64,000 bases of DNA from Bryobacterales bacterium (GTDB lineage: Bacteria; Acidobacteriota; Terriglobia; Bryobacterales; UBA6623). Below are positions 21,233 to 34,164 of this stretch, piece after piece. The stretch's first letter is position 1, and the number at the start of each line of letters is the position of its first letter. Below the pieces are notes generated by a model. That model was given only the letters and a program-made list of their open reading frames with translations, searched no databases and was not told where the DNA came from. The stretch spans positions 480,001 to 544,000 of the forward strand of contig OY729427.2 of the NCBI GenBank assembly GCA_963422375.2, read 5' to 3'. The translations under genes were made by a program, and so were the position numbers.

Positions 21233-22420
21233 ATGCGAGAAGCTGTCATCGTCGACTCCCTGAGGACCCCGCTGGCGAAGTCATTTCGGGGCTCGCTAAA
21301 TCTCACCCGCCCGGACGACCAAGTCGCCCACTGCATCCGCGCCCTGCTCGGGAAATTCCCCCAGGTCGACCCGAACGAGATCGGGGATGTCATCCTCGGC
21401 TGCGGCCAGCCGCACGGCGCCTCGGGCCACAACGTCGCGCGCGTGTCCGCCCTGCTGGCGGGCCTGCCCAGTTCCGTGGGCGGCACCACGGTCAACCGGT
21501 TCTGCTCTTCCGGGCTCCAGTCGATCGCCATGGCAGCCCACCAGATCATGGCCGAAGGCGAGGACGTCATGCTGGCCGGCGGCGTGGAGTCCATCACCAT
21601 GATGGTTCCCGACCGGTCGCCCCATCCGACGCTCAAGGAATCGAAGCCGGGCGTCTACATGGTCATGGGGGTCACGGCGGAAGTCGTGGCCAAGCGCTAT
21701 GGCGTGAGCCGCGAGTCGCAGGACGAATACGCGCTCCAGAGCCAGCAGCGCACGGCCAAGGCGCAGCGGGAGGGGTTCTTCGAGGAGGAATTGGCTCCGA
21801 TGCCCGTGACTCGGGGCGTGTTCGACCGCAAGACCAAGTCCATCGTCGGCCAGGAAGACCACCTCCTCGCGGGCGACGAGTGCAACCGCCCCGGCACCAC
21901 GCTGGATGGCCTGGCGGGCCTGCCGCCCTACTTCGACCGCGATTCGGGCCGCGGCTCGGTGACCGCCGGGAACTCGTCGCAGCTCTCCGACGGCGCCTCG
22001 GTCACCCTCCTCATGTCCCGGCAGCGCGCGGACCAGCTCGGCGTCCCCTACAAGCTGGTCTTCCGGGGCTTCGCCACGACGGGCTGCGAGCCGGACGAGA
22101 TGGGCATCGGACCGGTCTTCGCCGTGCCCAAGCTCCTCGAGAAGCACGGCAAGAGCATCGAAGACATCGACGCCTGGGAACTGAACGAGGCCTTCGCCGT
22201 CCAAGTGGTCTACTGCCGGGACCGTCTGGGCCTGCCCGACGACAGGCTGAACGTCAACGGCGGCTCGATCTCCATCGGCCACCCCTTCGGGATGACCGGC
22301 TCGCGCCTAGTCGGCACTCTCGCGAACGAAATGCAGCGCCGCAAGGCCTCCCTTGGCGTCGTCACCATGTGCGTCGGGGGCGGCCAAGGCGCGGCCGGCC
22401 TGTTCGAGGGAGGGTGGTAA
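21233..22420 (+). CDS. Acetyl-CoA C-acyltransferase (thiolase)
   Basis: NRFCSSG, NEAF, GHPFG, CVGGGQG motifs. Confidence 0.95.
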   Translation: MREAVIVDSLRTPLAKSFRGSLNLTRPDDQVAHCIRALLGKFPQVDPNEIGDVILGCGQPHGASGHNVARVSALLAGLPSSVGGTTVNRFCSSGLQSIAMAAHQIMAEGEDVMLAGGVESITMMVPDRSPHPTLKESKPGVYMVMGVTAEVVAKRYGVSRESQDEYALQSQQRTAKAQREGFFEEELAPMPVTRGVFDRKTKSIVGQEDHLLAGDECNRPGTTLDGLAGLPPYFDRDSGRGSVTAGNSSQLSDGASVTLLMSRQRADQLGVPYKLVFRGFATTGCEPDEMGIGPVFAVPKLLEKHGKSIEDIDAWELNEAFAVQVVYCRDRLGLPDDRLNVNGGSISIGHPFGMTGSRLVGTLANEMQRRKASLGVVTMCVGGGQGAAGLFEGGW

Positions 22421-22482
22421 GGGCCGCTCGCCCGGCCCGCCGGGCAAGCTAGAAGTCGGCCGGGGCGGCCCGTTCCCCCTGT

Positions 22483-22998
22483 CTAGAGCTTGCTGCAAGC
22501 GCTCGCCGCGCCGGCCGGATCGATGGCGTCCGAGCCGCTCTCCACGTGCGCGATCTTGCCGTCCTTGCCGACTACGAAGGTCGTGCGACTGGCCATCTTG
22601 CGCTCCGCCATCAGCACGTCGTACTTCTTCGCCACGGCGCCGTCCGCGTCGCTGAGAATCGCGAAATCGAGGCTCAGGGACTCGGCGAACTTCGTGTTCG
22701 TGTCGAGGGTGTCAGTGCTCACGCCGTAGACGACCGAGTCGCTGTCGAGGAACTGCTGGATACCAGCCTGGTATCCCTTCATCTCGCGCGTTCAACCGCC
22801 GGTGAAGGCCTTGGGGAAGAACGCCAGCACGACGTTCTTGTTGCCGCGGAACGACGACAGCTGCGCGTCCTTGCCGTCCGACCCCGGCAAGGTGAAGTCA
22901 GGTGCCGCGTCGCCTACCGCAAGGGCCGCGACCGCCCGCCGGGACACCGCCGCGACCGCTCCGGTCAGGAGGACCGCTCGTCTCGAGAGAGTGCTCAT
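22483..22998 (-). CDS. Peroxiredoxin (AhpC/TSA, BCP-like), probable selenoprotein with Sec at TGA 22794-22792
   Basis: Two ORF-track pieces are in one frame: [10 protein letters not shown]...[19 protein letters not shown]...YGVS.D...[13 protein letters not shown]; the TGA occupies the PxxxTxxC peroxidatic Cys. Confidence 0.88.
22758..22776 (-). promoter_or_regulatory. Putative bacterial SECIS hairpin
   Basis: GGATACC-AGGCT-GGTATCC perfect stem starting 16 nt 3' of the in-frame UGA, with G in the apical loop. Confidence 0.7.
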
Positions 22999-23246
22999 GG
23001 AATCGCCTTTCTTGATGCGGGCCGCGTCGATTCGCGTCCCGCCCGAGATTCTAGCAGGTCGGGGGTCACGCCATGCCCGCCGAACGGGTCGCTGCGTTGA
23101 CCAAGCCCCTGTCCGCCCTATACAATAGTAGCTAGTGTCCGTCCGGGCGGCGTGGCGCGACGGCCCGCCCCCCTAGTTCCCCGATCGCTCGCGCGGGACC
23201 GCGCCCGGTTCGCCGAATCGCGGGCGGGGCCCTCGGCTCCATCTCG

Positions 23247-24662
23247 ATGTTCGACAACCTCTCAGATAAGCTGCAGCGCGCATTCAAGAACCTGCGCGGA
23301 CAGGGGACCCTGACGGAGCAGCACGTCGAGGAAGGGCTGCGCGAGATCCGCCTGGCCCTGCTGGACGCAGACGTCAATTTCAGGGTCGTCACGCAGCTCA
23401 TCGCGGCCATCCGCGAGAAGGCGCTCGGCAAGCGGGTCATGACGGCGCTCTCGCCGGCCGAGCACATCGTCAAGATCGTCAGGGACGAGCTGGTCGAGCT
23501 GCTGGGCTCTCGTCCGACCAAGCTCAAGCGCGGGGCGACGCCGCCTTCCGTCTACTTCGTCGTCGGCCTGCAGGGCTCCGGCAAGACTACCTCGACCGGC
23601 AAGCTGGCTCTGTGGCTGTCCAAGCAGGGGCGCAAGCCGCTGCTGGTCTCCGTGGATGTCCACCGACCGGCCGCGCGCGAGCAGCTGGCGATCGTTGCCG
23701 GCCAGATCGCGCAGCCGGTCTATCGGGGGGCGGACGGCGAGAATCGGCCCGCGGAGCTGGCCATGGGCGCGCTTCGCGAGGCTCGCCAGGCCGGGCGGGA
23801 CACGGTCTTGATTGACACCGCCGGGCGGCTGCACATCGACGATGCGCTGATGGCCGAGCTGGAGGATCTCAAGGCCAGGCTCAGTCCGGTCGAGACGCTG
23901 TTCGTCGCCGACGCGATGACCGGCCAGGACGCGGTCAAGTCGGCAGCCGAGTTCCACGAGCGCATCGCGCTCACCGGCGTCGTGCTCAGCAAGATGGACG
24001 GCGACGCGCGCGGCGGCGCCGCGCTCTCGATCCGCCAGGCCACGGGGTGCCCGATCAAGTTTCTCGGGATCGGCGAGAAGCCGAGCGCCTTCGAGGTGTT
24101 CCATCCGGACCGCATCGTGTCGCGGCTGCTGGGCATGGGTGACATGCTCACCCTGATCGAGAAGGTCGAAGAGGAGGTGGACCAGAAGCATTCGCTCGAT
24201 ATCCAGGAGCGCCTGCTGAAGGACCGCTTCACGCTGGCCGACTTCCTCGCGCAGCTGCGCCAAGTCCGCAAGCTCGGGTCGCTGAAGTCGATTCTGGACA
24301 TGCTTCCCAACGCGGGCCCGTTCCAAGGGGTCCAGGAGGCGGACATCGACCCCAAGGCGCTCGCGCGCACCGAAGCGATCATCAATTCCATGACCGCCGA
24401 GGAGCGCGCCGACGACAGCCTCCTCAACGGGAGCCGGAGACAGCGGGTCGCGGCCGGCAGCGGGACGACGGTGCAGCAGGTCAACGAAGTGCTCAAGCAA
24501 TACCGCCATGCCAAGCAGGCGATGCGCGGCATGGTGGCGTCGGCGACCGGACCCAAGCACGGCGGCGGCAGCCGCAAGCGCAAGAAGAACCGGAAGGTCA
24601 AGCGCAGGAAGAGAGCCCGGGCGCGTGGTGCCGGTGCGAGGGCGACGGCCCCGGCAACATGA
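23247..24662 (+). CDS. ffh: Signal recognition particle protein
   Basis: GLQGSGKTT, DTAGR, KMDGDARGGAALS, M domain with SRRQRVAAGSG. Confidence 0.97.
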   Translation: MFDNLSDKLQRAFKNLRGQGTLTEQHVEEGLREIRLALLDADVNFRVVTQLIAAIREKALGKRVMTALSPAEHIVKIVRDELVELLGSRPTKLKRGATPPSVYFVVGLQGSGKTTSTGKLALWLSKQGRKPLLVSVDVHRPAAREQLAIVAGQIAQPVYRGADGENRPAELAMGALREARQAGRDTVLIDTAGRLHIDDALMAELEDLKARLSPVETLFVADAMTGQDAVKSAAEFHERIALTGVVLSKMDGDARGGAALSIRQATGCPIKFLGIGEKPSAFEVFHPDRIVSRLLGMGDMLTLIEKVEEEVDQKHSLDIQERLLKDRFTLADFLAQLRQVRKLGSLKSILDMLPNAGPFQGVQEADIDPKALARTEAIINSMTAEERADDSLLNGSRRQRVAAGSGTTVQQVNEVLKQYRHAKQAMRGMVASATGPKHGGGSRKRKKNRKVKRRKRARARGAGARATAPAT

Positions 24663-24721
24663 GTCTGGGCGGGCTGCTAGGTCGCTAACGCCGCCAGGGT
24701 TGGATAGTTTCGGAGGAATGG

Positions 24722-25147
24722 ATGGTTGCAATACGCCTGTCACGGACCGGGGCGAAGAAGAGGCCCAGCTATCGCGTCGTGGTGATCGACAATCGTCGCG
24801 CGCGGGATAGCAGGAACATCGAGATCGTGGGCCACTACAATCCCCGGCCCGACCCGATCGAAATCGTGCTGAAGCGCGACAGGATCGACTACTGGCTCGG
24901 GGTCGGCGCACAGCCGTCCAAGACCGTCAAGCGCCTTGTCGAGCACTTCGACCTGCGCTTCCCGCCCGTTGCGGAGGAATCCCCCGAGGAAGCTGCCGAG
25001 GCCGTCGCCGAAGTAGCAGAGCCGGAGACCCCGTCGAGGGTGGCGGCCCAGGCGGTGCCGCTGCAGCCCGGACAGCCTACCGACGGCGAACAGGGCGAGG
25101 ACTGGCCGGACGACGAGGACATCGAAATCCCGGAGGACGCCGGCTGA
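24722..25147 (+). CDS. rpsP: 30S ribosomal protein S16 with acidic C-terminal extension
   Basis: MVAIRLSRTGAKKRPSYRVVVID.R..RD, WLGVGAQPS.TV; conserved operon position. Confidence 0.96.
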   Translation: MVAIRLSRTGAKKRPSYRVVVIDNRRARDSRNIEIVGHYNPRPDPIEIVLKRDRIDYWLGVGAQPSKTVKRLVEHFDLRFPPVAEESPEEAAEAVAEVAEPETPSRVAAQAVPLQPGQPTDGEQGEDWPDDEDIEIPEDAG

Positions 25148-25268
25148 GCGAGGGAACCACGACTCGGCGCGAGCGAGCGGGGCCTCCGGTCACGAACCGC
25201 TCGGGAGCAAGCGCGCGGCGAGGCAGACCCGATTCGCATGGTATCGGAACGCAATGGAGGAACGAGTC

Positions 25269-25526
25269 ATGGGCCAAGACACGGATTCGGTGCTCGAGCT
25301 GGTAGAGGTGATCGCGAAGTCCTTGGTCGACGTGCCGGGCGAGGTTGCCGTGGAGGCCGTCGACGGCAACCAGAGCTGCGTCGTGGAGCTTTCGGTGCAT
25401 CCTTCGGATCTCGGCAAGATCATCGGCAAGAAGGGCAGGACGGCCAAGTCAATCCGCACGCTCCTAGGAGCCGTGAGCATGAAGCAAAACCACCGTTACA
25501 CCCTGGAGATTCTCGAGGAGCGGTGA
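25269..25526 (+). CDS. khpA: KH-domain RNA-binding protein (KhpA/UPF0109)
   Basis: DLGKIIGKKGRTAKSIRTLL; lies between rpsP and rimM; GGAGG RBS before ATG 25269. Confidence 0.9.
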   Translation: MGQDTDSVLELVEVIAKSLVDVPGEVAVEAVDGNQSCVVELSVHPSDLGKIIGKKGRTAKSIRTLLGAVSMKQNHRYTLEILEER

Positions 25527-25553
25527 CGGACGGGCCTCTGGCGAGACGCTGCC

Positions 25554-26096
25554 GTGCCGAAGAAGGAGGAGTCGGAGTACATTACGCTGGCTAGGATCAT
25601 CCGCCCGCGCGGCAACAAGGGCGAAGTGGCCGCGGAGAATCTCGCTGCAGACCTCCGCTGCTTCAAGCCGGGACGCAAGGTTCACGTGGTCCTGCCGGGC
25701 CGGGCTAGGCTCGAACTCGAGATCAGCCGAGCTTGGAGGCACAAGGGCCGCCTGATCCTAGGTTTCGCCGGGCTCTCGACGATCTCGGAGGCGGAACTCT
25801 TGCGGCAGGCAGATGTGCAAATCGCGAAGGAGGCATTGGGACCTCCGCCGGACGGCCAGTTCCTCTTCGACGACTTGACAGGCTGCAAGGTAGTTGACGA
25901 GGTAACCGGGGGCATGCATGGACTGGTCGCGAACATCTACGAGCCCCCGGGCGGAGTGCTGCTCTTCTCGGTGGTTGACAGTGACGGCAAGGAGCTCCTC
26001 GTGCCGTTCGCGAACGAAATCTGCAGGGACGTGGACATCGAGGGGAAGCGGATTCTGGTGCGCCTGCCCGAGGGAATGGAAGAGCTGAAGGCTTGA
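25554..26096 (+). CDS. rimM: 16S rRNA processing protein RimM
   Basis: ARIIRPRGNKGEV, DDLTGCKV, ELLVPF, LPEG; operon context. Confidence 0.93.
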   Translation: MPKKEESEYITLARIIRPRGNKGEVAAENLAADLRCFKPGRKVHVVLPGRARLELEISRAWRHKGRLILGFAGLSTISEAELLRQADVQIAKEALGPPPDGQFLFDDLTGCKVVDEVTGGMHGLVANIYEPPGGVLLFSVVDSDGKELLVPFANEICRDVDIEGKRILVRLPEGMEELKA

Positions 26097-26097
26097 C

Positions 26098-26841
26098 GTG
26101 CGATTCCATATCGTCACGATCTTCCCGGAATTCTTCCGGGGGCCGTTCTCGTGCGGCCTGCTGGCGCGCGCACGGAGGTCCGGCTTGGTGGAGATCGCCG
26201 TTCACGACCTGAGGGACTGGACTACGGACATGCATCGCACGGTGGACGACAGGCCCTTCGGGGGCGACGAGGGCATGGTTCTTAAGGTCGGGCCGATCGA
26301 CGCGGCGCTCAGGGCCGTCTCGGAGCAGTTCTGCGAGGGACCGCCGCGGACGATCCTGCTCTCGGCTCAGGGCCGACTGTTCGACCAGTCCGTCGCCGCA
26401 CGGCTGGCCCGGCTGGACGAGGTGGTGCTTGTCTGCGGACGGTACGAGGGAGTCGACGAGAGAGTGGCGCAGCATCTTGCCGACGAAGAGCTTTCGATAG
26501 GCAGCTACGTGCTAAGCGGAGGCGAGTGGGCGGCCGGCGTGGTGGTGGACAGCGTGTCCAGGCTGTGCCCCGGCTTCGTGGGCAACGCGGCATCGACGGT
26601 GCGCGAGTCCTTCGCGCCGCTGGACCGCGGAGTTGGAATCCTCGATTGCCCGCAATACACGCGCCCCGCCAGTTACGAATCGGCGTCGACGGAAGGGGCT
26701 TCCTGGGACGTTCCCGAGGTGCTGCTGAGCGGGCATCACGAGCGGGTCGCGCAGTGGCGCCACGAGGCGGCGATGAACAAGACGCGCGCCAACCGGCCGG
26801 ACCTCTTGCCCGGGCAGGCGGCGCGGCGCGCGAAGGCTTAG
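26098..26841 (+). CDS. trmD: tRNA (guanine-N1)-methyltransferase
   Basis: VDDRPFGG, CGRYEGVDERV, SIGSYVLSGGE, PQYTRP, VPEVLLSGHH. Confidence 0.97.
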   Translation: MRFHIVTIFPEFFRGPFSCGLLARARRSGLVEIAVHDLRDWTTDMHRTVDDRPFGGDEGMVLKVGPIDAALRAVSEQFCEGPPRTILLSAQGRLFDQSVAARLARLDEVVLVCGRYEGVDERVAQHLADEELSIGSYVLSGGEWAAGVVVDSVSRLCPGFVGNAASTVRESFAPLDRGVGILDCPQYTRPASYESASTEGASWDVPEVLLSGHHERVAQWRHEAAMNKTRANRPDLLPGQAARRAKA

Positions 26842-26892
26842 AGGCGCATTCCGGTAGCGGAGAGCGGCAGCGGAACAATTGGAGAGTCGATC

Positions 26893-27246
26893 ATGCAGAA
26901 CGCACTTATCGAAAGGGTCGAACAGGCCTATCGCAAGCCCTCCGTGGCGCAGCTGGAGCCGGGCGACCAGATCAGGGTTCACGTCAAGATCAAGGAAGGC
27001 GAGAAGGAGCGCATCCAGATCTTCGAGGGCATCCTGCTGGCACGCAACAATCCGGGCATCCGGGAAACGATCACCGTGCGCAAGGTCAGCTTCGGGCTAG
27101 GCGTGGAGCGCATCTTCCCGCTGCACTCGCCGATTATCGACAAGATCGAGGTGGTCAAGCGCAACAAGGTGCGGCGGGCCAAGCTGTACTACCTGCGCAA
27201 GCTGAGAGGCAAGGCAGCCCGGCTCAAGGAACGGTCCCGGCGATAG
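26893..27246 (+). CDS. rplS: 50S ribosomal protein L19
   Basis: [33 protein letters not shown]. Confidence 0.98.
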   Translation: MQNALIERVEQAYRKPSVAQLEPGDQIRVHVKIKEGEKERIQIFEGILLARNNPGIRETITVRKVSFGLGVERIFPLHSPIIDKIEVVKRNKVRRAKLYYLRKLRGKAARLKERSRR

Positions 27247-27863
27247 CGGGACGACTGGGCGCGGGCGAGGCTTCGCGCAGCCCCCGCCGGATCGTTCCCC
27301 AATGGACCTCGCGGGCGGCCGCCCCGCGCCACGAGCGCTCTTCCAGCGCTAGAGCTCATTCCGCATCCAGGCGCGCCCCGGGGGACTGGAAGTACGAATG
27401 GACTCGAAGGACCACCGATCACCCGCCAACTGCGTGGCGCAGCGTCGGAGCCACCGGGAACCGCGCACAGGAGCCGGCGAGCCATGCCCGAGTGGCGGAC
27501 GGACTCCCTTGCAGCTGCCGTTGGCCGCCAACCCAGCTCCGGGTGCGGGCCGGGGCCTCTGCACCTAGTGTCCGCACCTTCGCCGAAGATGCCTCCACGT
27601 AGCTCATCATCCTGCTGGACTCGTCGCAACAGGCACTCGCGCTACATCCCCTATGAGCTGATTACGGCAAGCCCGAACCCGAATTTCGACCAGACGCCGC
27701 AACACGTTACAACATGCGCTCAACGGGCGCTGGGTCGCGAGCGCCCAAGGTCTGTTGCATGATCGCTCCGAGGCCAGCGCACTGGCCTGCGCCTAATCAT
27801 TCGCTAGCGCTCATCCGACGTGGACGCCCAAGCGCGACACAGGGACGGCATGGCGACAAGCGT

Positions 27864-28643
27864 CTATAGACTGCGCAGGCTGAAGCCCCCGTCCACGCCG
27901 AGAACCTGACCGGCCGAGTAGTCCAGACCGCCGTCGGCGATCGCTCGAACAGCCCTAGCAACGTCCTCCGGCCTGCCGAGGCGCTCCTGGGGCAGCAGTC
28001 CGTCCGCGGCCAGCCTTCTGTATCTCGCAAGAACCGGCGCGACCATGTCGGTCTCTATGATCCCGGGCCGGATCTCGAACACGCCAAGGCCCTCGCCCGC
28101 CAGCCGAGTCGCGAACAACTGCGCCGCCATGCTCAGACCGGCCTTGGACACGCAGTACTCGCCGCGGTTCGTCGAAGCCGTGTAGGACGAAATCGAGGTG
28201 ATGAACACGATGCGTCCGGCCTTTTGCTTCAGCATCGCGTTCGCCACGGCCTGCGTCAGGAAGTAGGGCCCGCGGAGATTGGTCTCCATCACCTCGTCGA
28301 AGCTCCGCTCGGTTGCGAAGAGGATATCGTTCCTTTCGCGGGGAGCTATGCCGGCGTTGTTGATAAGCAGGTCAATCCGTCCGTATTCGCCCAGGACGTG
28401 TTCCACGAGCGCTTCGCGATCAGATCCGGCCCTGACGTCCAGACGGAAGATCGCGGCGCCGCACTGCTCGCGCAGGCTCTCGGCCGCCCGCAGGTTCCCT
28501 CTGTACGTGCCTAGCACGCGGTGGGTCCGCGCCAAGTCAATCGCGATCGCCCGGCCGATGCCGCGGCTGGCGCCCGTCACTATGGCGACGGGCCTGGCGT
28601 CATTCGCGGCTGCGCGGCCGGATCGTCCGTCCGCGGTCGGCAT
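27864..28643 (-). CDS. SDR-family oxidoreductase (3-ketoacyl-ACP reductase-like)
   Basis: TGASRGIG, NNAG, YCVSK; start uncertain (28643-28682). Confidence 0.9.
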   Translation of the reverse strand: MPTADGRSGRAAANDARPVAIVTGASRGIGRAIAIDLARTHRVLGTYRGNLRAAESLREQCGAAIFRLDVRAGSDREALVEHVLGEYGRIDLLINNAGIAPRERNDILFATERSFDEVMETNLRGPYFLTQAVANAMLKQKAGRIVFITSISSYTASTNRGEYCVSKAGLSMAAQLFATRLAGEGLGVFEIRPGIIETDMVAPVLARYRRLAADGLLPQERLGRPEDVARAVRAIADGGLDYSAGQVLGVDGGFSLRSL

Positions 28644-28678
28644 CGAGGTTGCTCCCATGCAAGCGGTCATGCGCCCTG

Positions 28679-30109
28679 TCACGCTAGGACGGAATCCACG
28701 ATCTCGCCGTGGACGTCCGTCAAGCGGAAGTGACGTCCCTGATACTTGAACGTCAGCTTCTTGTGATCCACCCCCATGAGGTGCAGGATCGTCGCGTGCA
28801 GGTCAGGCACGCTCACCGGATTCTCGGCGATGTTGTAGGAAAAGTCGTCCGTCGAGCCGTGCGTGACCCCGCCGCGGATCCCCCCGCCGGCAAGCCAGAT
28901 CGAAAAGCATCTCGGATGATGGTCCCGACCGTAATCCTCGGCAGTCAGCTTGCCCTGGCAGTACACGGTCCGGCCAAATTCCCCGCCCCACACCACAAGC
29001 GTGTCGTCGAGCAGTCCCCGCTGCTCTAGATCCTTCACCAAGGCGGCCGACGCCTGATCGGTCTGGCCGCATTTCTCTGCCAGCCGGTTCGGCAGGTTGC
29101 CGTGATGGTCCCAGCCGCGATGGAAGAGCTGCACGCAGCGGACGCCTCGCTCGACCAGCCGCCTCGCCAGAAGGCAATTGCTGGCATAGGAACCAGGCTT
29201 GCGCGAGTCCTCGCCGTACATCTCGAACACGTGATCGGGCTCGGACGAGAGGTCGGTAAGCTCCGGCACAGACGCCTGCATCCGGTAAGCCATCTCGTAC
29301 TGCGCGATCCGATTCTCGATTTCCGGATCCCCGTACTCGCCCAAGCGGACCCTGTTCATCGCCGCGAGGCTGTCGAGATAGTGCCGGCGGTCCTCTCGCG
29401 TGAATCCGCCCGGGTCGTTCAGGTACAGTACGGGCTCGCGGCCCGCGCGGAACTTCACCGCTTGGTAGCGCGTCGGGAGGAACCCGCTTCCCCACAGCCG
29501 CGAGTAGAGCGGCTGGCCGCCGCTGCCTTGCGAAACCATCACGACGAAGGCGGGCAGGCTCTTGCTCTCGCTGCCGAGCCCGTAGGACAGCCAAGAACCG
29601 AGGCTCGGGCGCCCGGCCAGCTGATGGCCCGTCTGGAGATAGGTGATCGCGGGGTCGTGGTTGATCTGCTCCGTATGCATCGAGCGGATCACGGCGATCC
29701 TGTCGGCGATCGAAGCGATCTGCGGGATTAGCTCGCTGAATTCCTGGCCGGAGTCGGTCCGCGAGAACCGGAAGCGCGACGGAGCCACAGGGAAGTTCGC
29801 CTGCGCCGCCGTCATCCCTGTCAGGCGTTGGCCGCCTCGGACCGAATCGGGCAGCTCCGTCCCTTGGCGCTCCCGCAGGCCGGGCTTGGGGTCGTACAGG
29901 TCCATCTGCGACGGGCCACCCGACTGGAAGAGATAGATGACCCGCTTCGCCCGCGGCGAGCGGTGCGGCAGCCCGGGCAAGCCCGGCTGCCCCTGCGCCG
30001 CGCCGAGGTCCTCGGCCAGCAGGCCGGCTAGGGCGGCCGCTCCAAGTCCGCCGGCAGAGCGCGAGAGCAGCTGCCTGCGCGTCAGACCGAGCTGGTCTTC
30101 GAAGGTCAT
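28679..30109 (-). CDS. DUF1501-family protein, Tat signal
   Basis: TRRQLL, AKRVIYLFQSGGPSQMDLYDPK, GWDHH, WGGEFGRT, GRDHHP. Confidence 0.92.
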   Translation of the reverse strand: MTFEDQLGLTRRQLLSRSAGGLGAAALAGLLAEDLGAAQGQPGLPGLPHRSPRAKRVIYLFQSGGPSQMDLYDPKPGLRERQGTELPDSVRGGQRLTGMTAAQANFPVAPSRFRFSRTDSGQEFSELIPQIASIADRIAVIRSMHTEQINHDPAITYLQTGHQLAGRPSLGSWLSYGLGSESKSLPAFVVMVSQGSGGQPLYSRLWGSGFLPTRYQAVKFRAGREPVLYLNDPGGFTREDRRHYLDSLAAMNRVRLGEYGDPEIENRIAQYEMAYRMQASVPELTDLSSEPDHVFEMYGEDSRKPGSYASNCLLARRLVERGVRCVQLFHRGWDHHGNLPNRLAEKCGQTDQASAALVKDLEQRGLLDDTLVVWGGEFGRTVYCQGKLTAEDYGRDHHPRCFSIWLAGGGIRGGVTHGSTDDFSYNIAENPVSVPDLHATILHLMGVDHKKLTFKYQGRHFRLTDVHGEIVDSVLA

Positions 30110-30112
30110 GGT

Positions 30113-33193
<3,081 letters not shown>

Positions 33194-33282
33194 GGCCACA
33201 TTGTACCCGCCGGACGGCGAGGAGAGGCCCGGCCGAACGAGAACAACCAGTCGCAGGGACGGGGCCCGAGCGGCCCAGCCCC

Positions 33283-34149
33283 TCATTTCGGGAAGAACGG
33301 GACCAGAGCGCGGATCGCGGCCTCGTCCGGCTGCATGCCGTACTCGGTGATTTCGAAGGCCTCCGCGCTGCCAATGCCGTCGGCGGCATCGCCGTAGCGG
33401 GCCCTAGCCGCTTCCCGCCACTCGTCGCGGATCGAGAAGTTCCGGGCGGACCTGAGCCATGCCAGCCGGCCCGCGGGATCCTTGGGCACCTGGTCCAGAA
33501 TCCCCGCGTGCCACGGCAGCCACTCGTAGAACTGCGAGACATGCGCGTCCAATGCCTGGTATTTCTTCTCGAGCACGTCGTCGATCGCGACCACGATGTC
33601 CGGACGGAACGCCTGGGGCCGCCGGAACCGGTCGGAGAAGTACAGGAACAGCGGGTTCTTGCGGATCGCCGGCGTGTCGCTGGCAATGTTCGGCACGGTG
33701 ACCATGTAGGACGCGTCCTGAACCAGGATCCCCGTGTAGCGGTGATCCGGATGGTAGTCGTTCGGGCGCGGGCCGACCACGATGTCGGCGTTCCAATCGC
33801 GGATCTGGCGGATGATCTGGAGGCGCACGTCCAAGCTGGGGACGAGCTCGCCGTCGTGGTTGTCGAGCACCTCGTACTCGATGCCTAGGCGCCGGCCGGA
33901 TTCCTGCGCCTCCGCGCGGCGGCGCGCAGCCAGCATGCCGCCTCCCTCGGCCTGATGGCCCGCGTCACCGTTCGTCACGGACACGAACTTGACCAAGTGC
34001 CCGGCGGCGGCGTACTTGGCGGCTATGCCTCCCGCCTTGATGTCGCAGTCGTCGGGGTGCGCGCCGAAGGCGATCACTCGTACGGGCTCGGCAGCGAGGG
34101 GCGCGGCGGAGGTCATGGAAGCGGCGACGAGAAAGCTGGCGATGCGCAT
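33283..34149 (-). CDS. PIG-L family deacetylase
   Basis: GAHPDD, YHPDH, signal peptide. Confidence 0.9.
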   Translation of the reverse strand: MRIASFLVAASMTSAAPLAAEPVRVIAFGAHPDDCDIKAGGIAAKYAAAGHLVKFVSVTNGDAGHQAEGGGMLAARRRAEAQESGRRLGIEYEVLDNHDGELVPSLDVRLQIIRQIRDWNADIVVGPRPNDYHPDHRYTGILVQDASYMVTVPNIASDTPAIRKNPLFLYFSDRFRRPQAFRPDIVVAIDDVLEKKYQALDAHVSQFYEWLPWHAGILDQVPKDPAGRLAWLRSARNFSIRDEWREAARARYGDAADGIGSAEAFEITEYGMQPDEAAIRALVPFFPK

Positions 34150-34164
34150 GGCGTGAGTGACGCC

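Noticed and set aside
23262..24911. Long antisense or alternate-frame ORFs (also 7283-8734, 30272-32893, 36323-38098, 48035-50446, 55011-56585)
   Set aside because: Shadows of real genes expected at high GC; no recognisable motifs
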